In this document: in pieces, positions 46,541 through 57,852 of the stretch
How positions within the stretch are numbered: the first letter of the stretch is position 1
Layout of the letters: each line of letters opens with the position of its first letter
Assembly: GCF_025526975.1 (NCBI RefSeq)
Contig: NW_026515680.1
Span: forward strand, 434,001 to 498,000
Length of the DNA stretch: 64,000 nt
Source: Fimicolochytrium jonesii
Lineage: Eukaryota
Direction: 5' to 3'
Translations under genes and position numbers: made by a program
Notes under the pieces: generated by a model
Database searches by the model: none
The model's input: the letters and a program-made list of their open reading frames with translations, nothing else
What the model was told of the DNA's origin: nothing

Positions 46541-49363
46541 GATGTCTTCCTGCCCTTTCTTGAAGAGTTCGATTTCGTTTCGATCTACAGCTTGAAGTTT
46601 GAGTTCTTGTCCTTTGAGTGTTGGATTCCAACCCGGGAGGATTGGAGAGCGTCCGAGATCTACTTTGAATGGCGATAAACCTTCATATTCCTCCCTCGGA
46701 GCGGTATTATATGCGAATTCGATTAAAGGCAATAGTTTCTTCCAATTGCTTTTGTCGTAGTTGAGGTATTGCTTCCAAATCCTTTTCAGGGTTTGGATGG
46801 CTCGCTCAACTTTGCCGTCGGTTTGCTGATGACGAGCCGTAGCGAATTCGTGTTTTACACCGAGGAGAATGTCGATCGCGAGGAAGAAGTCGGGTTGAAG
46901 TGCGCGAGGTTCGCGATCCGTAACGAAGACCTTTGGCGTACCGACATGTTTCCAAACATGATCTAGAAAAACTTGGGCTAGTTCACGTCCAGTAATTGTC
47001 TTCTTGATTGGTGTCAGAATCACACGTCCGGAAAAGAAATCAATGCAGACAAGACCAGAGTTTGTTTCATCTACTTTGAAAATGTCGAATCCGATCGTGT
47101 GCCATCTTCAAAAAGGTATAGGAAGAGGTCGTATCGACGATGACCAGGTTTGAATTGTCGACAGGATTTGCAAGTTCCAACGTTTTTGATAACGTCGGAG
47201 CGTACGGTAGGCCAGTAATAGTCCGTAAGAATTCTCGCAAGAGTCTTCTTAACACCAAGATGTCCTCCGGTGGCAAGTTCGTCATGGAATTTCCGCAAGA
47301 TCTTTGGGCGAATGTCTTCAGGAACATATAAACGTCCTTCGTGTCGTACTAATCCATTTTCAAACTATAACGGAGTTCTTTCGAAGTTTTCTCGTGTTGA
47401 GGCTTTCGAGAAATTTCATTGAGATAATCCGAATATGGATCTTCGCGTAGCGCTTTTTTCCATTCTTCTTCTGAGCAGGTAGGTGAGTTTTGTGGATCGT
47501 CTGTCGTAGCATTGGAGGAAGGTTTGTTGACAAGCATGTTGCTGATCTGCGTATGCATGTCGAGGCGTCGTTGACAATCTACACACCGAGGCGCATAGAT
47601 TGGATTGCGGGAGAGCATGTCGGCGATATGATTCCATTGTCCAGGTAAATACGGGATGTCAAAATCATACTCTTGTAGCTTCTCTTCCCAATTGGCTTGT
47701 CTTCTGCTCAAATGGGGGTGCGTTTGGATGAATTCGAGTCCCTTGCGACCGCTAAAACATCGGAAGTAACAACCGATGAGATATGGTCAATTGGCGACCA
47801 ACATCTTGACAAGAGCTAATAGCTCCTGTTCGGGCGTAGGATATCGTGTTTCTGCGTCCTTCATCTTTCTAGAAAAGAAGACCACAGGCCGGAGCCGAGG
47901 TAACTTCTTCCATTGTCCGACGAGAGTAGGCAGATTCGTAGGGATCGTTTCATCGCCAGAAGGTTGTCCAATCCAGCCAGCGATAGCGTAGCCTGATGAG
48001 TTGGTGTAGACATAAATTGGCTTGGTTTTATTGATTGTTGCTAGCGTAGGCGCATTGATCAACGCTTCTTTCAACTTTTGAAATGCCTCTTGTTGCTCAG
48101 AACCCCATCGAAATTTCACTTTCGAAGATTGAATACTTGATAGGGGCAGAGCGATGTCCAAATAACCTTGTACAAAGTCGAGGAAGTAGTTTGTGAACCC
48201 GAGAAAGCTTTGAACTCCTTTTGTTGACTTTGGAGTAGCCCAATCCTTGATAGCTAGGATTTTTGAGGGCGCGATGCGAACACCATGTCTTCCGACAATA
48301 TGTCCACACCATTCAAGTTCTTCTTTAGCCCATACGCACTTTGAAGGCTTGATGAAAAGGGCGTGTTCCTCAAGTTTCTTCAGGATACAATCGACGTGTT
48401 CCCGATGTTCGGCTAAGGTCTTTGAGAAAATGAAAATGTCGTGCAAGTAGGTAGCGAGGAATTCGTCGTAATCTTTATGGAAGATCTTATTCATAAGACG
48501 TTGAAGCGCAGCAGGTGCGTTGGTAAGCCCGAACGGCATGACCAAATACTTGAAATGTCCAAAGCGAGTTTGTATTGCCGTTTTTTCCCGATCTTGTTTC
48601 CGTATAAGAAGACGATGGTATGCTTCTCGAATATCAATAAGCGTAAACCATTTACAATCTTGAATCCGATCCCTCATCTCACGAATATTGGGTAAAGGAG
48701 TGCGATCTTTCTTGATGACGGCGTTGAGACCTCGGTAGTCCCAACAGATGCGTAATCCGCCATCTTTCTTTTTCGCAAAGACAACACTAGCTCCCCAGGG
48801 ACTTGAGGAGTGTTGTACCCATCCTTTTTCGAGCATTGAGGTGATTTGTTTCTTGAGTTCAGCGAGTTCTTCTTTGTTCATGTGCCAAAGAGGATGCCAA
48901 ACAGGTTCAGCACCTTCAGTGAGTTCGATCTTGAAATTATCTTCTCTGCGATCAGGGGGTAGACCTTCCGGTTCCTTGAAGAGCGTATTGACGTATTTAT
49001 TGAGGATATCCTTGAGATGTCCTGGAGTTCCTTTAAGCTCTTGAGGAGTGTCCGGTATTTCGTTAAGAGTGAGGCGACAGACCGTGTCTTTTTCAAACTT
49101 GTTCCGTCGCCAAGCCTCATTGAATCGCTTAGAAGTCATTTCTATGACTTGAGGATTGCGAAGGGCATTGGCTTGAGCGAATCGAGATACATAATGAGGT
49201 GCGGCTTGTAGAGGACGAGTATCCACAGGTTTAATGATCCAAACAGGTTGAAGGGTCTTTTGTCATAGACCGGATCTCGTTGTACGTCGAAGTAAGGGTT
49301 GTTGTGTTTCGGGATGGTATTTGACGTCTTCCCAGTTTCTTGGAGTTCTTTCGCACTTGATGG

Positions 49364-49525
49364 TGTCAAGGGAATCGTCCCGATCGCTCGGAACGCCCCG
49401 GAGAGGTGGTACAGTCACAGAAAGAAGAGAAAAATGTTTGGGGAAGGTAGGAATCGATCCCACGCCACCTGGGTGAGAGCCAGGTGTCTTAACCACTAAG
49501 CCAAGATGTGTGTGTTCCCGTTACA
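49364..49525 (-). mobile_element. 162-bp solo LTR (TRIM-like) containing a tRNA-Glu(CTC)-derived Pol III cassette
   Basis: Minus strand TGTAAC..TTGACA with 5-bp TSD GATGG (49359-49363, 49526-49530). Removing it restores the host pol frame (PQSVTI/KCERTP). Confidence 0.85.
49430..49510 (-). ncRNA. tRNA-Glu(CTC)-like sequence with A box, B box and T5 terminator; canonical acceptor stem absent
   Basis: A box TGGCTTAGTGG (49503-49493), anticodon arm CCTGG-CTCTCAC-CCAGG (49484-49468), T arm GTGGG-ATCGATT-CCTAC, and TTTTT at 49434-49430. Confidence 0.75.
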
Positions 49526-50001
49526 GATGGTGACAGACTGCGGTGCGTTTGGTATAGGGCCGTAAGTGGTCCAGCAAAGGATAGGTAAGGTACTCATCGA
49601 GAATTGTTCAGCGTAATTAAAGAAAAGCCAGAAAGGCATTCCAATAATAGCGTCGTAAGCCAGATTATCGACTAGCCAGGGAAGTTGTCCAACAAAGAAA
49701 AGGGACTGAGATTTGAGATCCCATAGATCTAACTTTTCCGAAACGACCGTGTCGAGAATCATGTATGATTCTTTGTCGGCCAGCCATATCTGCTTCGGTT
49801 CGATACGTTTCTTGGGAAATTTGTGCTTCTCAACGAATGCCTTATCAAGGAATAACCCAGTTGCGCCGCTATCGAAAAGAACACAAGCAAACTTGTTTCC
49901 GATGCGACAATGAGAGACCCAGAGTACAGCAGACAGTGGTTCGAAGGCAGGTTTATCGGTAGGATCGTATGTTGTAGGCTGAGCAGAGCTACCGAGGGGC
50001 T

Positions 50002-51081
50002 CTATCGACCTTGGAAAAAACTCGAAGATTGATTTGTAGTAGTATTCGTAGTATTCGCAGAGTTGACGGCGTCACCCAGAATTTCCGTAATGCGTGACCC
50101 AGCATCAACCTGATGGGCTGAACCTTGTTGTTGATTAGGTTGGCGACTGCGCTGCGGAGTTTGAGCGCCACGACCGCGCTGTCGAAAACCACCGCGTCGG
50201 TTCTGGGTTTGCGAGCCTTGCGGTCAATTTTCGGGATTTGACCAGCATTCAACTCTCCAATGTCTCATTTTGTTACAAAGGGGACAAGGAGTCGTTGGAC
50301 GTTGACGAGGAACGTGAGTAGTTTGCCATTGTCCACGTCGACAAAAGGGCTGTTGATGTTGGTAGGGAACTTGACCTGTAGTGAGACGTCTCACTCCAGG
50401 GGGATAGTATGACGTACCAAGGGCATTAAGCCCAGAGGTCATATCATCTAAGTCTTGCTCAAATTCCGTAATTCGAGGATTGGTGTAAGGGGCAAATCGT
50501 CCGCCACGACCACCGCCTTGACTACCTCGACCGCGACTGGCTCCACGGACGCCATGAGCACTTGTTGCCGAGGCAATTGGACGAGGTGTATTGGCTTGGT
50601 TGCCGTCAGTGAACCCATGAGCCACATGAGCTCGACGGGCTGCAGTGATAGCTTGATCGAGAGTGATAGGGGTGTTGATGTTGGTAGTGCTTGAGACTTC
50701 GAAGTTCGTAACGGCTTCAGCGAGATAATGACCGATTACTGTATTCTTGAGAAGACCGGCCTTGAAGTATCGAATCTGATCGATAAGGGGAATGGTGCCT
50801 TGAGTGTTATCGAGACGATGAGCGGCTTCGAGCTCATTATTGGTGTCTTGAAACTCCTTGATATTTTTTTCGAGAGAGTCACCGAGCTTGAGGCCGGAGA
50901 GCTTGAGCTCAATAGTATTACGCAAGTTGCGAGGATAAAAGTGAGCAACAAGAGCCGTTTGAAAAGCTGTCCAACTCGCGGGGGCGCCGGTGGCGTAAGT
51001 CGTGTTGTACCACTCGAGAGCAGTACCCTTGAGGTAGGTAGTGAGCGTAGGAGCGTACTCTGCCATAGTAAAGGCTATGGC
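50002..51081 (-). pseudogene. Outer Gypsy gag, 5'-truncated, with a premature TGA at 50226-50224
   Basis: YLKGTALEWY..SWTAFQTALVAHFYP and zinc knuckle CPLCNKMRHWRVEC. The frame continues past the TGA to TAG at 50004-50002. Confidence 0.85.
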
Positions 51082-51235
51082 GTTGGCAGTGGGGCTTGCG
51101 GGGCTTCAGTGAGGCTTGGCGCCTTATGTAATGTATCACCGAGAGCTCGGGTGGCCAGCCCGGGTCTTGGATCAAATAGAAGTAAAGAGGTATGATATGA
51201 AATACAAGTGAAGATGAGATATCCCCGACACGCAG

Positions 51236-52796
51236 CCCGTTCCCTTTGAGAGCTCTGAAGGCGAGAGCACTATCTCCGGTCTTCATTGCGCACACTGCAC
51301 TCGAGAACTCGACTTGTGCTCCGTCCTCAGTGAGCTGGGCTACTGAGATGAGGTTCTTTTCAAGTTAGGGAACAAACCAGATGTTTCGAAGGGTGCCAGC
51401 ATGCTCCCTGTGTGTTGTGATCGTAATGAAGTCCATTCCAATGGCTAGAACTGACCGGTTGTCAGCTAGCTGGACCTGGATCTCATTGTCCAGCGTCATC
51501 CAGTTGTGCAGCCATTCATTGACATGTGTCATGTGACAGGAAGCTCCTGAATTGGTAATCCAGCGTTCCGGGCTGATTTCACTGCGTTTAGGAAGAGGAA
51601 CACGGTTCCTTGGCTAGCCTGCTGTGACTCAACTTGATTTGCATTGTGGGCTTGAGCTAGCTCTCATTTGAGCTTCTTGCACTTGTTCTTCCAATGCCTT
51701 TCAATGCCACATTGATAACACTTTCCCTTCTTCCTGGCGAACCTGGCTGAGACCCTGGCCTCCTGCTGGCGCCCACCATCCCCAATGAACGCTTTTCCAG
51801 TCAATCTGACTGGTTTGGAGTTCTCTTGCACCTAGCTTCTCTATTTAGAAGTCTGGCCATCAAGAACACCATGTCTAAGTCATAGTCATAAGACCGAATG
51901 GTTTGTTCCCAAACTCAAAAAGACCCGCATCTCAGTAGCCCAGCTGCCTGGGATTGGAGCACAAGTTGAGTGCTCAAGTGCAGAACGCACAATCAAGATC
52001 ATAGATGATGCTCTAGCCCATGAAGGCTCAAGCTATACCTGAGCACGCCTACTAAGCAGGAGTACTTCACAGCAGTTCCTTCCATATTTGGCATCAGAGA
52101 CTCAGTCATCTGAATGCTCAAGACGTTCAGAAGCTCACCAACTGCTACCAACACAATATCAGAGTCACTGGACTCCCTGAAGGTCACATCTGCAAAGTCT
52201 GCACGCGTTCCAAGGAGTCCAGAGCTCCCTTTCCAAAGAAACAAGCTACCTGAGCCACAGAAGTATTGGCATTCATCTACACTGACTTCTGTGGGCCCAT
52301 AAGGATGTTTACCTTTGGCGGCTGCACCTATTTTGCATTACTCATTGATAACAAGTGAAGAACCTTTGACGCATGGGAACAGTACAAGGCTCTTATACAG
52401 AAGCAGACTGGGATGCCAATCAAAGTCCTCAGATCTGACAAAGGACGCAAATACAAATCCACCCAGTTCACCATCGCCCTCAGAAGGGCTGGAATACAAC
52501 ACCAGCGCGCTGCTACCAACATTCCACAGCTGAATGGTGTAGCGGAAGGCATGAACCGCACTCTGACTGAGGTTGCACGGTGCCTACTCACCCAGGCTGG
52601 TCTTGGACATAAATATTGGGCAGACGCCCTCCTTGCACCCGGGCATATTCGAAAGACAACTTCAAGATACCATATGAAGCATTCTTTGGTCGCAAGCCCA
52701 CCCGTCTTCACCTCAGAGTGCTTGGATACATAGCCTATGCAGTGGTTCTCAAGAAAAGACGAGGAAAGGTTTGGCTACAGCTCCTCCAGCATAGCC
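51236..52796. mobile_element. Ty1/Copia fragments: minus-strand gag/protease (51236-~51895) joined to plus-strand GAG-pre-integrase/integrase (~51897-52796)
   Basis: Minus: VPNLKKNLISVAQL and WITNSGASCHMT. Plus: HIWHQRL.HLN, IKVLRSDKG and PQLNGVAEGMNRTL. Confidence 0.8.
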
Positions 52797-53710
52797 TGTT
52801 ATGGACGACGCGCCCATACCATAAGCTTACCTCATGACAGCACACTGAGAGCCGCCAATGTCAAACGCCAATGTCAATGTCAGTGTCAATGTCTGTGTCA
52901 ATGTCAGTGTCAATGTCAATGTCAATGCCACTCCCCCTCTCTCCTCTCATTTCGCCAATCCTCCCGCAATATCGCCACTCCTCCTCTCTCCTCTCATTTC
53001 GCCAATCCTCCCGCAATACTCGCCACTCCTCCTCTCTCCTTTCATTTTGCCAATCCCCCCACGGCTTCTCCACACCTCCCACTACTTCTCCATAACCAGC
53101 AGCTGTAGCAATGCCCTCTACGCTCGCCACGGCCACTCTAGGAGCATAGCTGGCGCCCCCCCCAGTCCTCTCTTGTTGTTGTTGTTGTTCTTTGATCTGC
53201 TGGGTTGTCTATCTATAAATAGCCGGCCTCTCTTCGTCCATTGCCTTCCTCCCCAGCAGATCAACACCAGTTCTTCTCATCTCTTGTTCTGGTCCTTGTC
53301 TCTTGTTTCGCCAATACAATCTCCTGTCGCCCATCGCTCTCGCCTTGTCTTCTCTACTTCGCTTCCGCCTCAGTCGTCGAGATCATAAGAGTTTGATCTG
53401 CTGCAACACTGCGAAGTTCAGAACCCGTCCAGCCCTGCATCCGACAAACCTTTTTCGCCATGTCCCAACCCGAATCCGTACCTTTCACCGCCGAGCAATG
53501 GAACGATATGTGCCAAGCCATCGCCGCCTTGCAAAGCCAAAACGCCAACTTGCAGGCCAACCTAGCGCAAGCCCAAGCCGACGCACAAGCTGCCCAGAGC
53601 ATCGCCGCCCAGGTTCAAGCCGATACGTACACCCGCCCCCAAGTCACCAACCCTGCTCTGGAGCCAAGAATCAGCTCGCCCGAGAAGTTTGATGGTACCC
53701 ACAGCAAACT
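52797..53710 (+). mobile_element. 5' LTR (52797-53390), self-priming-type PBS and truncated gag of a Tf1/sushi-like Gypsy
   Basis: LTR TGTTATG..CATAAGA with TATA at 53214. PBS TTGATCTGCTG (53393-53403) is complementary to CAGCAGATCAA (53254-53264). Gag MSQPE..EPRISSPEKFDGTHSKL starts at 53460. Confidence 0.8.
52857..53060. repeat. (TGTCAA/TGTCAG)n microsatellite and three 47-48-bp repeats within the LTR U3 (mirrored at 63050-63253)
   Basis: Visible directly. Repeat unit GCCACTCCTCCTCTCTCCTCTCATTTCGCCAATCCTCCCGCAATA. Confidence 0.9.
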
Positions 53711-56700
53711 GACCGGTTGTCAGCTAGCTGGACCTGGATCTCAGTGTCCAGCGTCATGCAGTTGTGCAGCCATTCATTGACATGTGTCATGTGAGAGGAA
53801 GCTCCTGGATTGATAATCCAGTGTTCCGGGCTGATTTCATTGCGTTTAGGAAGAGGAACACGGTTTCTTGGCTAGCCTGCTGTGACTCAACTTGATTTGC
53901 ATTGTGGGCTTGAGCTAGCTCTCATTTGAGCTTCTTGCACTTGTTCTTCCAATGCCCTTCAATGCCACATTGATAACACTTTCCCTTCTTCCTGGCGAAC
54001 CTGGCTGAGACCCCGGCCTCCTGCTGGCGCCCACCATCCCCAAAGAACGCTTTTCCAGTCAATCTGACTGGTTTGGAGTTCTCTTGCACCTAGCTTCTTT
54101 ATTTAGAAGTCTGGCCATCAAGAACACCATGTCTAAATCATAGTCATAAGACCAAATGGTTTGTTCTCAAACTCGAAAAGACCCGCATCTCAGTAGCCCA
54201 GCTGCCTGAGATTGGAGCACAAGTCGAGTGCTCAAGTGCAGAACGCACAATCAAGATCATAGATGGTGCTCTAGCCCATGAAGGCTCAAGCTATACCTGA
54301 GCATGCCTACTACGCAGGAGTAGTTCACAGCAGTTCCTTCCATATTTGGCATCAGAGACTCGGTCATCTGAATGCTCAAGACGTTCAGAAGCTCACCAAC
54401 TGCTACCAACACAATATCAGAGTCACTGGACTCCCTGAAGGTCACATCTGCAAAGGCTGCACGCTCTCCAAGGAGTCCAGAGCGCCCTTTCCAACAAAAT
54501 AAGCTACCCGAGCCACAGAAGTACTGGCATTCATCCACACTGACCTCTGTGGGTCCATCAGGATGTTGACCCTTGGGGGCGGCACCTATTTCACATTATT
54601 CATTGAGCCCAAGACCCTCATAGCAAGCTCTAAACGCGAACCCATGGATGCTGAGTACGCATCCCTGGTCAAGAACGGCACCTGGGAGTCCTGTCCAGCA
54701 CCCAAAGGTCGCAACCTTGTCAGCTGCAATTGGACTTGCAACTTCAGGACGAAGGCTGATGGCAGCATTGAGCGCTACAAGGCCAGACTAGTTGCACAGG
54801 GCTTCTCACAAGAAGAGGGAGTCAACTACAACGAAACCTTTGCTCCAGTAGCCAATTTCGACACAAACAGACTTCTGCTCTCATGGGAAGCAGCCCAAGA
54901 TCTTGAAATGGACCAAATGGACGTATCTACAGCGTTTCTGAACCGAACACTCAGTGAAGAGATCTATATGAAGCAGTCACCGGGCTACATCAAGCCAGGA
55001 GAAAAGCGTCGCGTGCTTAAACTCAAGAAGACTCTCTATGGTCTTAACCAAGCTCCGAGGAATGGAAACATCGAAATACATGGCGCACTCGGCGAGAAAG
55101 GCTTCATACGCCTTGACTCAGACCACTGCGTCTACATCAGGCTCTTTGCGGGATGGCTACTCATCCTGATCCTCTATGTCGACAATCTCATACTTATGAG
55201 CAACAAGAGACTCGATCTTGATGACTTCAAGGCCAAGGAACTTCAGAAAGCCTACGAAATGCGCGACCTTGGTGCCCTACACTACTTCCTGGGCCTCCTA
55301 GTCACCAGAGACCAAGCCAAATGACTCCTGATGCTCAACCGGACTGGTTACATCGAAAATTGCCCTGGAACATATGGCATGGCTGATTGCAACCCGGTAG
55401 CGACACTCAATCTTGTCGGAAGCCCTCTCACCAAAGAAATGGAACCTCCGACGTCTGAGGAGACTGCAGAAATGCAGGACAAGCCCTGTCAATCTGATCT
55501 ATGCGATCATTGGGACAAGATCAGACATAGCGCAAGCAGTCGGAGCTGTGAGCCAGTTCTTAGCCAATGCAGGCAAACAACACTGGAAAGCTGCCAGGCG
55601 CATTCTAGCCTATCTCAAGGCAACCAAACACCATCAACTTCGACTTGGTGCTGTTGAAGGGTCAGACCCAGACTGGGGAGGTTGCCCAAACACCAAACGA
55701 TCGACCACTGGATACCTCTTCACCTTTGGCTGTCCAGTTAGCTGCAAATCACATAAACAACGCACTACAGCACTCTCCAGCACCGAAGGTGAATACATGG
55801 CATCCACAGATGCCTGTAAAGAAGCCATGTGGCTCAGAAACCTACTCAAGGAACTGAGCACACACCAAAACCAGACGGAGCTCGTCCAAGGCCCCACAGT
55901 CATCTGGGAGGACAATCAAAGCGCTTTTGCACTTGTTATGAACCCAGGTCATCACACACAAACCAAACATATTGATTTCAGATACCACTTCATTCGTGAA
56001 CAAGTCGCATGTCAAACAGCTATCCTCAAGTACTGCCCAACAAAGGAGATGATAGCCAAGGCGAAACTCCTGCCCATGCCAGACTTCACACACCTGAGAG
56101 CTGGTATGCACTTGTAGGCTGCAGAGCCTTCAAGTGAGAGGGAGTATTGAGATAGCATCAAGATGTGGCACTTGGAAGGCTCTGCAAGACCTAGGACGCA
56201 TCTTGGCTCTGAAGATATCTGGAACGTTTACCAGACATCCAGGCATCAGAACTGCGCTTTCACGATGTTCTTAGGGCTTACAGCGGTCAGTTGTGGCAGT
56301 GTGGACCTGTGATCGAGTTGTAGTAGCTACAGTGGGCATATGATGGTATAGAACGTTCTCTGGGCACTCCGCAGACTTGGCAAAAGCCCGTGGGGCATCC
56401 GCAGGTAGACTCTGGGGTACACAGACTTGGCAAAACCTTACCAACCTTACCAACCTGAACTGCGGCACTCAGAGCCGCCTTGGGCGACTTGAAGGGGTCT
56501 CAGAGGGTGCTTTGGAAGCCCCAGCACATAGCTAGATCCACAGAAATGTAGCTCCAGAATCCTAAAAAAGGCAGACGTGTTGCCCATCCCCTCCCTTCAC
56601 TTTATCCTCTTCAAGACACATCTTTTCCTCGCGCTACTCTAGCTACAGTACTGTCTTCTACATAGTAACACTGCCCTCTGGGCGCCCACATCTCTCAGTC

Positions 56701-56759
56701 ATCCGCGAATTAGGCTTAGTGACCTCTCAGATACACCTATGTCAGCTAAGGTTTCAATA
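53707..56759 (+). mobile_element. Degenerate Copia: inverted gag fragment, then plus-strand pre-integrase, RT, RNase H, PPT and 3' LTR (56145-56759); integrase core deleted
   Basis: RYKARLVAQGFSQEEG, QMDVSTAFLN, LYVDNL, RSTTGYLF, TALSSTEGEY and TKHIDFRYHFIRE. PPT GAGAGGGAG followed by LTR TATTGA..TCAATA. Confidence 0.9.
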
Positions 56760-57852
56760 TGGATTGCACCAAGTCGAACTGGATGGTTTTCGGTGGCTTT
56801 AAGATAGGAGAGAATGCGTTTGACAGCCTCCCAGTGTTCTTTGCCTGGGTTGGCTAAAAACTGGCTCACAGCTCCTACTGCTTGAGCTATGTCTGGTCTT
56901 GTACCAATTATCGCATAGGTCAGACGGCCTACAACGGCTCGGTAGAGCTTATCCTGCATCTCTGCAGTCTCTTCAGGCGTTTGAGGCACCATTTCTTTGG
57001 TGAGAGGGCTTCCTACGATGCTAGGTGTTGCCATTGCCTTGGAATTGATCATGCCATATGGTTCGAAGCATTTTCGATGTACCCAGTCTGGTTGAGCAGC
57101 AGGAGTTGTTTGGCTCGGTCTCTGGTGAAAAGTAGGCCCAGGAAATTGTGTAGGGCACCAAGATCCCGCATTGCCTATGCCTCCTGAAGTTCCTTGGCCC
57201 TGAAGTGGTCGAGGTCGAGTCTCTTGTTGCTCATATGTATCAGATACTCGACATAAGGGATCAGGATGAGTAGCCATCCCTCAAAGAGTCTGATATGAAT
57301 GCAATGGTGGGAATCAAATCTTGTGAAGCCTTTCTCAATGAGAGTGCTGTGGATTTCTATGTTCCATTCCCTTGGAGCTTGTTTACGACCATAGAGGGTC
57401 TTCTTGAGCTTGAGTATGAGATGCTCTTCTCCAGGCTTGATGTAGCCAGGTGGCTGCTTCATATAGAGCTCCTCACTGAGTGTCGGGTTTCAGGAATGTG
57501 GTGGATATGTCCATTTGGTCCTTTCGAGGTCTTGAACTGCTCCCCATGAGAGCAGTAGTCTGGTGGTGTTGAACTTGGCCACTGGGGCAAAAGTCCTGTT
57601 GTAGTGCACTCCCTCTTCTTGTGAGAACCCTTGGGCAACTAGTCAGGCCTTGTAACGTTTGATAATGCCATCAGCATTCATCTTGCTCTTGTAGACCCCC
57701 TTGCATCCAACAAGGTTGCGGTCTTTGGGCGCTGGGCAGAACTCCCAGGTCCCATTCTTGACAAGTGATTCATGTTCAGCGTCAGAATCACTCGGGTTCA
57801 ATGCTTGCTTGAAGGTTATGGGCTCTGTGTGCAGCACTTTGGTTGCGAGAGC
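56760..57852 (-). mobile_element. Degenerate Copia RT fragment (element A), interrupted at both ends by other Copia LTRs
   Basis: EPITFKQAL, KNGTWE, IKRYKA, KTLYGRKQAPREW and GTRPDIAQAVG, with frameshifts. Confidence 0.85.

Larger units (their letters stand above)
46545..50020 (-). pseudogene. Outer Gypsy pol: protease, RT, RNase H, integrase
   Basis: Protease LFDSGAT; RT SSPWGASVVFAKKKDGGLRICWDYRGLN and MPFGLTNAP, with YLHD (defective YxDD); RNase H YTNSSG (defective); integrase HHCC, VTDREP and HQQTDGKVER. Several stops and frameshifts. Confidence 0.92.
35423..51230 (-). mobile_element. Outer Ty3/Gypsy LTR retrotransposon (chromodomain-bearing), degenerate, interrupted by two insertions
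   Basis: TG..CA ends and 5-bp TSD CGCAG (35418-35422, 51231-51235). 3' LTR 35423-35690 with adjacent PPT (plus CCTCCCTC); truncated 5' LTR ~51082-51230. Domain order gag-PR-RT-RH-IN-chromo. Confidence 0.93.

Noticed and set aside
49430..49510. Functional host tRNA-Glu gene
   Set aside because: The canonical acceptor stem cannot form, the D stem is weak, and the sequence lies within a TG..CA insertion with a TSD.
52920..53060. CRISPR-like array
   Set aside because: Contiguous tandem repeats without unique spacers, no cas genes, and a eukaryotic LTR context.
52737..53136. CQCQCQ / MSMSVS / DIDTDI repeat proteins (also 62974-63373)
   Set aside because: These are translations of a hexamer microsatellite inside an LTR.
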